Shown one piece after another: positions 1 to 11,491 of a stretch of 64,000 nt of DNA. Position numbers and translations under genes: made by a program. Source of the stretch: Takakia lepidozioides (lineage: Eukaryota > Plantae > Bryophyta); NCBI GenBank assembly GCA_030704615.1, contig CM060734.1, positions 16,988,001-17,052,000 on the forward strand. Reading direction: 5' to 3'. The notes beneath the pieces are model-generated. The model was given only the letters and a program-made list of their open reading frames with translations. It did not search any database and was not told the DNA's origin. Numbering within the stretch: position 1 is the stretch's first letter; the number at the start of each line of letters is the position of its first letter.

Positions 1-695
1 CGTGTGCATACATATCGCTACATAACTACATCGTTGTCCAAAAAAACACACAACACATGTGCACGCCACACACTAGTATACAACTGTCCACCACTAGTCC
101 AACCACTAGTCCAACCACTAGGCTACAACTAGTCAGTCACTAGGCTGCCACTATGCTGCCCACTATGGCAAGTCACTGTTCCACAAATGATAAAGAAGAA
201 GAATACAAGCACAAGCTTATGCGAGCTCACAAAGCTGAAGCTTAAACTCATGCATATATAAACTCATCACTCAAATACAAGTCAAGCCAAGTGCACCCCA
301 CGCCATGGGGAATCCACACTACGGCGCCATAGCTAGGCACGGTGAGGCTCAACTCGAGAAAGATGAGCCTCCCGCGCTTGCCGTGAAGATAATCACTCTA
401 GGGCCTAAATCTGCCTTGACCCCTGGATTGACACTTGGGCCAATCCCAAATGTCAATATGTAAAAGCTAGTTATTTCCTAGCTAGTTTCACACTAGTGGT
501 AAAATAACTTGACAGCTATCGTGCGCATACATATCGCTACACAAAAAATACATCGCTGTCCAAAACCACACAACACATGTGCACGCCACACACTAGTATA
601 CCACTAGTCCACCACTAGTCCAACCACTAGGCTACAACTAGTCAGTCACTAGGCTGCCACTATGCTGCCCACTATGGCAGTCACTAGTCCACACA
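1..695. repeat. ~180-bp direct repeat (1-185 and ~520-695) rich in CCACTAG, flanking the LTR-like unit
   Basis: CATACATATCGCTAC...CAACACATGTGCACGCCACACACTAGTATA...GGCTGCCACTATGCTGCCCACTATGGCA is present twice. Confidence 0.8.
188..514 (-). repeat. LTR-like sequence (TG...CA), same family as 56459-56775
   Basis: Begins TGATAAAG and ends CTTGACA. Colinear with 56459-56775 (shared GTGCACCCCACGCCATGGGGAATCCACACTACGGCGCCATAGCTAG and CACACTAGTGGTAAAATAACTTGACA). No TSD seen. Confidence 0.7.
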
Positions 696-1245
696 ATTGC
701 CCCCCTAGCTGGTGCTTAGGTCCCTCTAAGTCTAGGTAGCCATAAGATGTGATAGTGACAATAGTCTCACTAAGTCCTCCACCACTGTCCCTACTACAAT
801 CAAACTCGATAGATCAAGAGGCCGGGTGCAAGAGTTGCCCCATCGTTAGTCGCCGTCTTGCAACTTGTGAACTTGAGCCTGGGATCTCGTGTATTGACGC
901 AGTTATAGTACGCGCACGCGCCAGGTGAGCACTAGCACGTGAACTCCCAAAGAAGGCGCATGTTTCCTTGCCCCTTGGATGGGAGTCACCCGATTTCGGC
1001 ATTGCGCAAACACACGATTAACCCAATTTACCTCTCCCACTTTTGTAAGCTAGCATGCATTCTACACACTAGCCAACCACACCATGCATCACCATTCCAA
1101 ACAAAATAGGACACACAACATTTGGAACCCATTTCCTTTATAACAAATTTTTGTACAATACAAGTTTTTGCAATCGGATTCCTGAGCTAGCTAAGCCGGG
1201 CTAAGCATGCATTTCCTCCCCCACGCTCCAAGGTTGATGTCCCCA

Positions 1246-4081
1246 TCAACGCTTCTTCCGCTTTTGAGGTCGCCCTTCGAAAACTGCAACCGCCTCGGAT
1301 GCGTTTCCCATTTCTGAGGCACGCACCCAAGATGTCTCCACAAGATGATAGCCCTTCCATTTGACGAGATACTCTGTTTCTGGGTTCTTGAACCTCCTCG
1401 ACTTAAGTACTGCCTCCACCTCGTACTTAGGTTCATTTTCATGATCCAACAGCACAGGTGGCGGACGCAACACTTGATGCCGATTCGGACGCGCTTCATC
1501 TTTGAAGTAAGGCTTCAAAAGGGAGACGTGAAATACTGGATGCACCTTGCTGTATGCCGGCAGCTCCAATTCATACACATCCTCATTCATAACCTTCCGG
1601 ATGCGAAAGGGTCCCGCATACGGAGGTACGAACTTTGGACTCACTTCCGGAGGTAGTCGGAAATTCTTGATGTTCAACCAAACCTCCGTGCCTGCCTCAA
1701 ACTTCACTTCCCTCCGCTTCCGATTTGCCTGCCTTTCATACCGTTTCCTAGCTTTGGCAATGTTGTACTTTGCGAGCTTCAACAAACGCTCGCGTTCTTC
1801 TAGTACCGCCGCTACTGCCGGTTCCTCAACGTCCTGGGCGGCCCAACTTGTCGGCACCAGAGGTGCTTTTCCATAGACCAATACAAAAGGGGAAACTCCC
1901 GTTGCGGAGTGTTCTGTGTTATTATAACAGAACTCTGCCGCGTCTAAGTGTTCCACCCAGTCTGTTTGGTCTGCCGACACGTAATTCCGCAAGATCTGCT
2001 TCACTACGGAATTCACTCTTTCTGTTTGGCCGTCGGTCGTGGTCGGAAGGCGGTGCTCATCTTCAGCCTCGTCCCCATCTTCTTCCAAAGTGCCCTCCAA
2101 AATTTACTCGTAAACTTTGGATCGCGGTCCGAGACAATATCCTTTGGGACTCCATGATGCTTTAAGACGTGGGCAAAGTAAAGTCGCCCTGTTTCCTGCG
2201 CCGTTGCCGTCTCCTTGGTGGGGATGAAATGGCCCATTTTACTGAACCTATCCACCACCACCATGATTGCATCGAATCCTTTTGACAGCGGCATAGCAGT
2301 CATGAAATCCATCGAGACGCTTTCCCAAGTCCCCTCTGGAATCGGCAAGGGTTGTAACAGCCCCGCTTGCTTTTTGTACTCGCTCTGGTTTTGTTGGCAT
2401 GTGGTGCATGTCTTGACATACTCCTCTGCCTCCTCCCTCAGTTTGGGCCAGAAATACTCTTTCTTCAAGAGTGCCGCAGTGCGCTTGGCTCCGCCGTGGC
2501 CTGCAAGCGGGCTATCATGGCATTCTCTCAAGAGGCTATCTCTGATCCCTCCCTTTGGCACGTAGAGATGCTTTTGCTTATACCGGAGCAGTCCATTTTG
2601 CAAGTGGAACTGCGATTTAACCCCCATCCTCAAGTCCTGCATCACGGACTTCGCCAGCTCATCCTTCCGGCAAGCCTCAGATCTTCCTTTGGAGCGCCGT
2701 CTTGCCCTTGTACACCAACAAGAGCTGCTGCTTTCTACTTAAAGCATCGGCCACCACGTTGTCTCGTCCCGGTTTGTACTGGATATCCACGTCGAACACT
2801 GCCAAAGTATCTTGCCACCTAAGTTGTTTTGGGGACAACTTGGGCTGCGTGGCAAAATACTTCACCGTGACATTGTCCGTGAACACCTTCACTGGGTTGG
2901 AACCAACATAGTGGCGCCAAAGCTCAAGATAGTGCACCACCGCCTTCATCTCTTTCTCGTGCGTCGGCCACTGTCGCTCCACTTCATTCAGTTTCTTACT
3001 TTCGTAAGCCACTGGACGTCCATCTTGCATCAGTACACCCCCAATCGCGAAGTCCGACGCATCTGTATGTATCTCGAACGAATGATCGAACTCCGGGATT
3101 TTCAAGACTGGAGCTTCCGCCATCCGCTGCTTCAATTCAGCAACAGCTTGGCCACACAAGGTGTTCCATACCCAGACTTTGGATTTACACAGAAGGTCTG
3201 ACAACGGCCCTGCGATCTTGGCAAAATTTCTCACATACTTCCGGTAATAGGAGGCGAGTCCTAGGAAGGATCGCACTCTCGAGACCGAAGTCGGAGGCTC
3301 CCAGTCCAAGATCGCCCTCACCTTTCTGTCATCCATTTTGATCCCATCCTGTGTAATCACATGCCCCAGGAACTCCACTTTTGTGACCCCGAATTCGCAC
3401 TTTGAAGCTTTGGCATATAGCTTCTCTTCTCGCAATTTTTGGAACACCCTTTTTAGGTGCTCCAGGTGCTCCTCCTTTGTTTTCAAGTACACCAAGATGT
3501 CGTCGATGTACACGATCACAAAGTCATCCAACCACTCCTGAAAAAGGCTGTTCATCAGCGTGCTAAATGTCGTTGGTGCATTGGTGAGCCCGAAAAGGCA
3601 TCACCAAGAACTCATATGAACCATACCTTGTCCTGCACGCGGTCTTCTCCTCATCTCCTTCCGCCACCCGAATTTGATGATAGCCGGAGCGCAAGTCGAT
3701 CCGGCTGAAATACTTCGCTCCTACCAACCGATCGAAGAGGTCGTCGATCCTTGGCAAAGGGTACCGGTTTTTTATAGTCACGTTATTCAGAGCCGTGTAA
3801 TCGACACACATCCGCAACGTCCCATCCTTCTTGTCTGCGAATAGCACCGGGGCTCTGTAAGGTGACTTACTCGGCCGGATGTACCCCTTTGACATTAGAT
3901 CCTTGAGCTGAGTCTTCAGCTCGACCAACTCCCTGTGGCTCAACCGGTAGGGTGCCTTGGCAGGCGGTTCCGATCCCGGTATCACCTCAATCTTGTGGTC
4001 AACTCCTCTTCGCGGTGGCAAGCCGCTTGGTAAATCCTCCGGCATCACATCCTGGTATTTCTCTAAATCCCCTTGATCCAA
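1246..4081 (-). pseudogene. pol: Gypsy pol: RT, RNase H, integrase, chromodomain (frameshifted/stopped)
   Basis: [22 protein letters not shown] (RT); HTDASD (RNase H); HDSPLAGH...CTTC and VSMDFM/IVSDRD (integrase); YAGPF; YEVEAVL...YLVKWKGY...SW (chromodomain). Confidence 0.93.
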
Positions 4082-5700
4082 TCTGGGCTCGGCTCCCCAT
4101 CGCCTTCTCCCTTTACTTCTCTAATGTAAAGCGAAAACTGGGGCTCGTGTGCCTCCTCCACGGCCCACTCCCTTGCTGACAGAAGGTTTATTCGCCCTCC
4201 CACGGATTTGGGCGTTTCCGACACTCGTAAGACCTCGCCACCATTCCCACATGGCAGCGTGACTACTCTCTTGCGGCCATCTATGACCGCTCCGGATTTG
4301 CTCAAAAAGGTCATCCCCAAAATGAGATCCACTCCATCGATCTCGCAGATGGTGAAGTTCTCACGTCCCTCCCAACTCCCCAGTTGAAGAGGAACATCAA
4401 ACGCCAACCTTGTCGCCAATTGCGGTTCTCCTTTTGCAGAACGCACCTCAATAGAGGCCCCCACGTCACTGGTCGGGAGTCCCATCTTTCGCGCCGCCGC
4501 TGGCGTCATGAAGGAGTGCGACGCTCCTGTGTCCACCAACAACGACACGTTAGTTCCGGATATTATCCCATCCACGAACAATAACTGACTCCCTTTACGC
4601 AGGGCGCCAGTTTCCTGATACAACTCACAAGAATAGTTGCCTACCTTGCAAGTCCTGGCGACCACCGCTTCCACCAAGCGACTGATGGTATCTTCCGACA
4701 GCTCCGTGGTTGCCCGAGTCATGTTCAATTGTCGAGGTTTCGTGCACTTCTTGGCCATGTGCCCGGGCTCCCCGCAATTGAAACACACTCCATCAAAGGT
4801 CGCCTTCTGTCCGCCATAAGCCGCTCCACCCGCTTTTCCTTTCGAAGCACCGGGTGCCGCCTTGACGTGTGAAGGCCCTCCCTTCAATTTCCACGTGCCA
4901 TTGTCGCCGCGTGGCCTATCCCACTTCTTTTCCGGTCGGAAGGAGTCACCTTCCCGCCGGGTCTTCTTCTGGCTCAGCTCCGTACGGCCTTGTCTCTCAC
5001 CCCTAGGGACATCCGAGAAACATTCAGCCCTCTCAATTGCCTCATTCAAGGTCTTGGGTGGCTTCTCCTCCAACTTCCGCCTGGCCCATGGGGCCAGTCC
5101 CGCCACAAAGTTGAGGACCATTTCTGGTTCTGCCATGTCCGCGACTTCGAGCAACAGCACATTGAAAGCCTGGACATACCCCCGAATGTCATCTGTTTGC
5201 TTCAAATTCCTCATCTTGTCCCGGGCAAGCCAGGACGCGTTGAGGGGCACAAACTGTCTCTTCATCAATTCCTTGAACCCACTCCAGTTCAAGGTTTCTG
5301 GGCTTGGACCTCGGTCGTGAAGGCGTTTCTGCCACCATTGTTGAGCATAGCCCCTCAAATAGGTGGGAGCCACTTCCACCCGATCCTCGTCACTCAACTT
5401 GGCCGCCCGGAAGTACTGCTCTAGCTCCAGGAGCTAGGTGTTGAGTGCCTTCCGATTTCGGACGCCCTCGAAGGTGCCGGGTTCCTTAGGCTTCACCTTA
5501 AACTTTGCCTTAGTGGAAGTGGCATTAGCCGCCTTCAACACGTCTCTCAACGTCCCGCCAAACTGCGCCAACAACCCTTCCCAAAAGGCTGCCGGCATGG
5601 GAGGCATCTCTTGGTTTGTCGGAGCTGTCAAGGATTCCTCGGGCTCCGACTCCTCGGATTCCTCCCGCTCTTGAGTGGCCTCCTTTTCGGAAACATGCAT
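4063..5700 (-). pseudogene. gag: Gypsy gag (CCHC knuckle) + aspartic protease
   Basis: Retrotrans_gag-like segment (YLRGYAQQWW), knuckle CFNCGEPGHMAKKC, protease LLVDTGASHSF. Interrupted near 5400-5434. Confidence 0.9.
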
Positions 5701-5845
5701 CGCTTCCTCAAACGGCGCCTCGGTGACACGTCGCCCTCATCGGGCTCACCAGGATCATCATCTTTTGGGCCGTTCCGCTTTCGCTTTGGCTTGCCCGACC
5801 CCATGATGAGGCCAATCCCATGGACGATTGCGTACTGAACTCTAA

Positions 5846-5857
5846 GCTCTAATACCA
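5846..5857 (-). promoter_or_regulatory. Primer-binding site, tRNA-iMet type
   Basis: Minus strand reads TGGTATTAGAGC (one mismatch to TGGTATCAGAGC), 2 nt after the LTR end. Confidence 0.8.
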
Positions 5858-5859
5858 AG

Positions 5860-6585
5860 TGTCGCGCACCTCACTTCGGTAAGCTCCCCCTCAAGTCATA
5901 GTTACTCGCTTAGTTGCGCGCGCCTGACTCCCAACCTGGCCGCCGGGCCAACTTGGAGCTTCGGCTGCTCACCGGGGCATAACGGTCCCCCCTTTGTTCT
6001 CCCAAGGAACCCTCCACCGATTTGGAACCAGCGGGAATTCCCTTTGGTAGTTGGCAGTCCGGAACAGCTCCCCACTCTTTGGTCGCTTTCCGGCTCGTTC
6101 GCTTACTCACTAGTTTTTGGTCACCAACGGGCTTGCACCGTTCTCGGGTTACTACTCCCTATATATACTTCTGTAGCTGTCCGCGGGGGTTTCACAACCA
6201 CCCATGCCATTTTATGGCGAACCACCACGAAGACCCTCGACTCCCGGTGATGAGTCGCGGTGAGTCTTGGCCCACTCACCACGGCCCCTATGGACCGTGA
6301 TGAGTCCCAAGACTCCCCACGACTCCCACCACGAGGTCTCCGCCCCCATGGTGAGTCCTATGCCACCCCCACTAAGTCCCGCTAAGCTACCACCACCCTT
6401 GTGGAGCCACCCCCACCGCAACCCGGTGTGCGGGGCTCCACCTAGTGAGCGCCTCCGCCTCCTTGAGTGCCTTGGGCACTCAAGGGTGCTTCAGCCCCCC
6501 ATACCTATCGTTGCCGCTGCCCCCACCACAGGGGCAGCCCCTCATGTGTCCCGACCCCCTGCCCTCAAGGCAAAGGGCCGTGACA
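5860..6585 (-). repeat. 5' LTR of the chromovirus
   Basis: TGTCGCG...CGTGACA termini. PBS abuts one side; unrelated RT coding sequence abuts the other. Confidence 0.8.
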
Positions 6586-7125
6586 CAGTAGAGACACCAC
6601 AATGGTTATCGCCCATTGTGAAAGTACCCAAGAAAAATGGAAATCTACGAGTGTGTGTGGACTACCGCAAGTTAAACGCAGGAACCAAGAAAGACCCTTT
6701 TCCACTACCTTTCACTCAAATAGTGTTGGACACAGTGGCTGGACATGAGATGTACTCATTCATGTATGGGTTTAGTGGGTACAACCAGGTACAGATGGCA
6801 GTAGAAGACCGAGAAAAGACCGCATTCATCACTGAATGGGGAGCATATGCTTACAAAGTCATGCCATTTGGACTTTGCAATGCACCAGCCACATTTCAAC
6901 GAGCAGTATCTGAGATATTCAAGAACTATCTCAATGATTTTATGCAGGTATTTTTGGATGATTTCAGCGTCTTTGGACAGAAATCCAAACATTTGGCACA
7001 GTTAAAACTTTGCCTACAAGCCTGCAGAAACAATGGAGTAAGTCTCAACCCGGAAAAATGTACATTCTGTGTGAATTCCGGATTATTATTGGGACACATT
7101 GTGTGCCAACAGGGAATTCTGGTAG
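6586..7125 (+). pseudogene. Ty3/Gypsy RT fragment (same family as 41647-46458)
   Basis: VETPQWLSPIV..PKKNG.LRVCVDYR.LNAGTKKDPFPLPFT...FLDDF. Near-identical peptide to the end of ORF 41639..42784. Confidence 0.9.
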
Positions 7126-8268
7126 TGTAGTGTGAAAAGAAGGGGCGTGAATCCCCTTCTGGGTGATTATAATCTGTACTCCTCCCCAGTTGAAGTCAAA
7201 GCAAAAGGAAGGAACGTTCTAGTGATCCAACCATCTTCACATGGCTGTGGGTTTCCCTTAGTTTGTTCGTGATAAGAGTTCATGCAATCTGCATCCACGC
7301 CGCAGCGGAAGAGAAGACATGGATGGGGAGTTTTGAATTGTTCCTGCTCTTGGTTCTACTTTTATACAACAGCCTTGCCCTATGATCACAGCGCCAACAG
7401 TGCTGCCATGATCTTTTCTGTGATGCAACCAGCCCTATGACAGCGCTGAACACGACCCTTAATGTGAAGCTCCCTTGAGCAGTGATACGTCGGAAGCCCC
7501 CTTTGTAATGGTGACAGATTTAGAGGGAGGCAGCTCAGATCTGCCATGAACTGCAGGGCCACTGGTCTCTTTCAGGGTTCATGTTTTCTTCATCTCATCT
7601 CCCCAAATTGGCCATCCCCCATCAACCCCTTTTACAGAGCAGCTCTCTCCCTTCCTAAATCCTTTTCTCTCTCTCTCTAATCTTGGTCTGCAGGTTCCTC
7701 ACTTCTCCAGCAGCAGCATATCTACCATGCAATGCAATGCACAACTCAGCCAGGCATCCAGTGCACCCAGCCTTGAAATCATCCTCGGTCACACAAGGCA
7801 TAACCATCCCATTCATCAATCTCTCTCTCTCTCTCTCTCTCTCTCATGCCAATGTCCAACCCTTCACACTACCTTTTTCCAAAAGAAGCCATTGCCCAAA
7901 CAGCTCTCAGCCTTTCTACAGGTTTCAAGCCATTACCCCAACAGCCCTCTTTTCCCTTCAACCATGAACCTCAGTTGTTCATACCCTGAGACCATACTGG
8001 AAATCAGTTCCAAAACCAAATCAGTGTCGGTGTTGCTTCCCCATCCACATTATCCTTTCTCTGTTTTCAACAGTTCTAACTAACCCTCACTGGTGTTTTC
8101 AATCAGCCAAGCTAGGTCTACATTGGTTTCAGTGTGTCAATACCCAGGGCAGCATTGTGTGCAGGTTCATAACACTGAAACAAGAACAAGAATGAAGACA
8201 AACAGTGACCATTCTGATTCAGTGACAAGCAATCTCTCCCCCCACTCATTTCTCCTACTGACACTATA
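7126..8268. repeat. Possible solo/partial LTR containing a (CT)n tract at ~7820-7845
   Basis: Starts TGTAGTGT exactly where the RT homology stops and ends ACACTATA; non-coding. No TSD or second copy. Confidence 0.3.
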
Positions 8269-8734
8269 ACAGGGGGCTGCTATTTCATGAGCCACGAGCC
8301 ATGAGCGGCATGAGCCATGAGCAGAGTCGTAAGTGTGGAAAAAAACATGAGCAGCATTATTTTCCGGAAATGAGTGTCCGCGGGAATAGGGTTTAGGGTG
8401 CCACGGTCATAGGGGGAGAACGACCTCCCGATGAAGGAGGTTTGGCAATGTTATTTAGAATTATATATTGAAAGGCAATGTTTCGCGAATGGTAGGGTGG
8501 TACTGCTTTGTACAATGGGGGCCCATTTCAGCCTACCAGCCACTTGCAAAATCCACCCACACTCCCAATCCCAAACGAAATGAGCAATGACGCATTCTGG
8601 GAACGATGGACACAGAATAGAATAAAAAGAGGGCACAATGAGGTTTTTATTGATCCACATGAATTGCATTTGAAGCACGTCTACTGTGCTGATTGTGCAA
8701 TCAAATCTTTAGCCCTGTGCCTACTGAATACAAG

Positions 8735-9298
8735 TCACGTTGTCAATGGGACTTCGACTGCTCTCAAAACTAGCTCATGAGTCATGGGGCTCCTCCATGT
8801 AAAGTCGATTGCAGCCGTTGTACCGCCCCTAGTGATGTTCACCACAATGTCCTGCCCTTCAATCATACCACCATCGAATATGGAAATCTTCACATTTTCG
8901 TCGTCCACACCAATGCGAATGTCCCCATACAATGGAGAAGAGGAGCGCACTCCTTGAGGAGAATAGGTCTCTCCGATGGAGTCCACCCACGTCCAGTGGC
9001 AGCAGTTCCACCGCAACAGCATAACAGTGCGCCTTCTTCTGCATGGGTGACCGTCGTAGCTGGGAAAATCGGAATCGAGGATGCGCAGGAGCCACGGACT
9101 CCTCAGACCAAGATCGTCACCCCGCTCGAAGGCGTAGTGGCCTAGGATATACTCAAAAGCCACCAATGTTTCCACAATCGAACCAGTATCTTCTCTGTAA
9201 TCTGTGTACCAGATAACAATGTCTCCCGATGTGGCCGAATACATTGCATAATCGATGCCTCCAAATGGGCAGTCGTCCCGGTTCCGGAAGCACGGCAT
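8735..9298 (-). CDS. Hypothetical ~187-aa cargo protein, paralog of 9855-10433
   Basis: Open frame MPCFRNRDDCPFGGIDYAM...GDIVIW...WNCCHWT...YGDIR...ELVLRAVEVP, aligns end to end with the paralog. Confidence 0.7.
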   Translation of the reverse strand: MPCFRNRDDCPFGGIDYAMYSATSGDIVIWYTDYREDTGSIVETLVAFEYILGHYAFERGDDLGLRSPWLLRILDSDFPSYDGHPCRRRRTVMLLRWNCCHWTWVDSIGETYSPQGVRSSSPLYGDIRIGVDDENVKISIFDGGMIEGQDIVVNITRGGTTAAIDFTWRSPMTHELVLRAVEVPLTT

Positions 9299-9854
9299 CC
9301 TTGCAAAGGAGGACCTGAGGACGACTTGGATGCAGATGACAATGACCTTGCGGACAGCTACGAAGCCCTTAGATTTTGGAAATGATGCGAAGCGGAAGAG
9401 CAGTCCGGCCTCCAATAATGGAGCATCTGGGTCCCACGTACCCACCGACGGAGGTGGAACGTGTTCATCATGCCGGCGGTGGATGAACCCATACATCTTT
9501 CTCATCAACAAGTTATAGTTTGAGATCTGCCACCGAAGTCCATCCCCCCGGATGGAAATTCGGCGCCGCATTTACATCGAAGAGGGGATGGACTTCGTCG
9601 TGTCCAAAGGCTATCGGCCCACCTGGCAGTGAGTGCCCATAGTTTGCATGGCAGGGTAGGAAACTGAAACGGCTACATTCATGAAGCAGCCAATCTTCAT
9701 CGGTCCAGGATCCTGTAGGGGGGAAATTTAAATGTGCCCTAGAGTGTTTGTGAGGAATTGCAGCGTTAGCTTGAACTTTTTCCAGCCACCGCGCTGCTCC
9801 TCCTCCATCCGGGAGCTGCTATCATTGAGCGTACTCCGCTACTCTTTTTCAAGG

Positions 9855-10433
9855 ATGCCGTGCCGCCGAAATCCAGCCGACTGCCCTTATCATGGCCACG
9901 ATTATGCTATGTTCAAACCAGAATCAGGAGACATCATTGTCTGGCTCTCTGTTTTCACAGACGCTGCTGGAATCAAGCAAGAGTCTTTGCGCGCAATGGA
10001 GTATCTGGAGGGCTATTACCGCTTTGAGCGAGGTGAGGGCGAGGGTCAATGCGGTCCGTGGGTCCTGAAAATTGTTGACCTCGATATACCAAGCTGGAAA
10101 GGGATGCCGGACAGATCACGCACGGCCTCGCTTTGGCGCTGGAACTGCTGCCAGTGGACCAGGGAGGACGGCACCGGGGAAAACTATATACGTGCAGATC
10201 ACTCCGCTCTTCCAGTGTATGGAGACATTCGGCTGAGTTGCGAAGACGAATCGCACGGGCACATGAGGCCCACAGTGACCTTGTCAATGTATGATGGTGG
10301 TATCATTGATGGACATGACATTGTCGTCGGCTCCAGCAAGGGCAGCAGAACGACCGAATTGCAGTTTACCTCGAGGTGCCGCAGCAGTGATGAGCTTGTT
10401 TTGAGGGGTATCGAAGTTCCGTCGACTTGGTGA
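9855..10433 (+). CDS. Hypothetical ~192-aa cargo protein, paralog of 8735-9298
   Basis: Open frame MPCRRNPADCPYHGHDYAM...GDIIVW...WNCCQWT...YGDIR...ELVLRGIEVP. Same CAAGG|ATG start context as the paralog. Confidence 0.7.
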   Translation: MPCRRNPADCPYHGHDYAMFKPESGDIIVWLSVFTDAAGIKQESLRAMEYLEGYYRFERGEGEGQCGPWVLKIVDLDIPSWKGMPDRSRTASLWRWNCCQWTREDGTGENYIRADHSALPVYGDIRLSCEDESHGHMRPTVTLSMYDGGIIDGHDIVVGSSKGSRTTELQFTSRCRSSDELVLRGIEVPSTW

Positions 10434-10689
10434 AGCCCATGTAGAAGGAGGAAGGGCTTAGTTTTGTCTGCAGTTGGTAAATGTGAGACATCGTGTCCGA
10501 TCAATAAACCCATCGTACCTCACTTCTGTGTGATTGTGTTTCATTCTGTTGAATAACTGTCGGAATTGGCCCACTGTTTACAATTTGATGTCTCATTTCT
10601 ACAATGTGTCTGTCCGGATGAATATAGCAGAGTAACCGGTATGTGAGTCATGTGTCAAGAATATACCAGAGTAACGCCATGTCGGACAT

Positions 10690-11491
10690 TGAAATGCGGC
10701 ACCGCATTTCCATGTCGGCATCGAAAGGTGGCACCGCATTTCCATGTCGGACAAGGAAATGCGGTGCCGAATTTCCATGCCGACATGGAAATGTATGAAC
10801 CGCATTTCAGTGTCGGACAATGAAATGCGGTGCATCATTTCCGTCCAGGTACACGAAATACCAACACGGGTCTATAAATTGGACAGACAACGAGGTTGGC
10901 ATTGCAAATGCGGCGACGCATTTCCAGCTTGGCAATGGAAACTTCTTTTTGGACAAGGGAATGCGGTGCCGCATTTCCGTCCAACACTTCGAAAAGTGTG
11001 ACATTTCCGACCAGCGCGATGGAATGCGTTACCGCATTTCCGTGAGAGGGTCTGCAAATGGACAAATTGCGATGTCCGTTCTGGAAATGCGGCGCCGCAT
11101 TTCCATGTCCGTCATCGACTTTTTTTTTACAATGGAATGCGGTGCCAATTTTTGCTGATGGGCCTGCAGTTCGAACAACGACCATCCCCAATATGGAAAT
11201 GCGGCACCGCATTTTCAATTCCGCCATCTCGACCTCCTTGTTCGACCTCCTTGTTCGACCTCTGTAAGCGTGGTGGCATCCATGCAATGAGCGGGAGAGG
11301 CCAAAACTGGCGTGTGGACAAAGGAAATTTTGGAAATGCGGCACCGCATTTCCAATCGGCCGATTACCTTTTACTATGCCAACATTGAAATGGAAAATTT
11401 AGTCCCTCCCCTGTTTTGGAAATGCGGTGCCGCATTTCCAAAAGAGGTTCTTAGAGTTGCCAAAATTTTGGAAATGCGGTGCCCCATTTCT
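10690..11491. repeat. Palindrome array 1 of element A: ~14 copies of GGAAATGCGGYRCCGCATTTCC
   Basis: Copies at about 10691, 10723, 10756, 10788, 10822, 10905, 10958, 11021, 11083, 11134, 11195, 11332, 11418, 11470. Confidence 0.92.

Larger units (their letters stand above)
1200..6585 (-). mobile_element. Ty3/Gypsy chromovirus LTR retrotransposon (degenerate; matching 3' LTR not found in window)
   Basis: 5' LTR and tRNA-iMet-type PBS, then gag-PR-RT-RH-IN-chromodomain order across ORFs 5700 to 1246. Confidence 0.93.

Noticed and set aside
6267-7130. 287-aa proline-rich/RT fusion ORF
   Set aside because: Chance read-through from LTR sequence into an unrelated RT fragment at 6585/6586.
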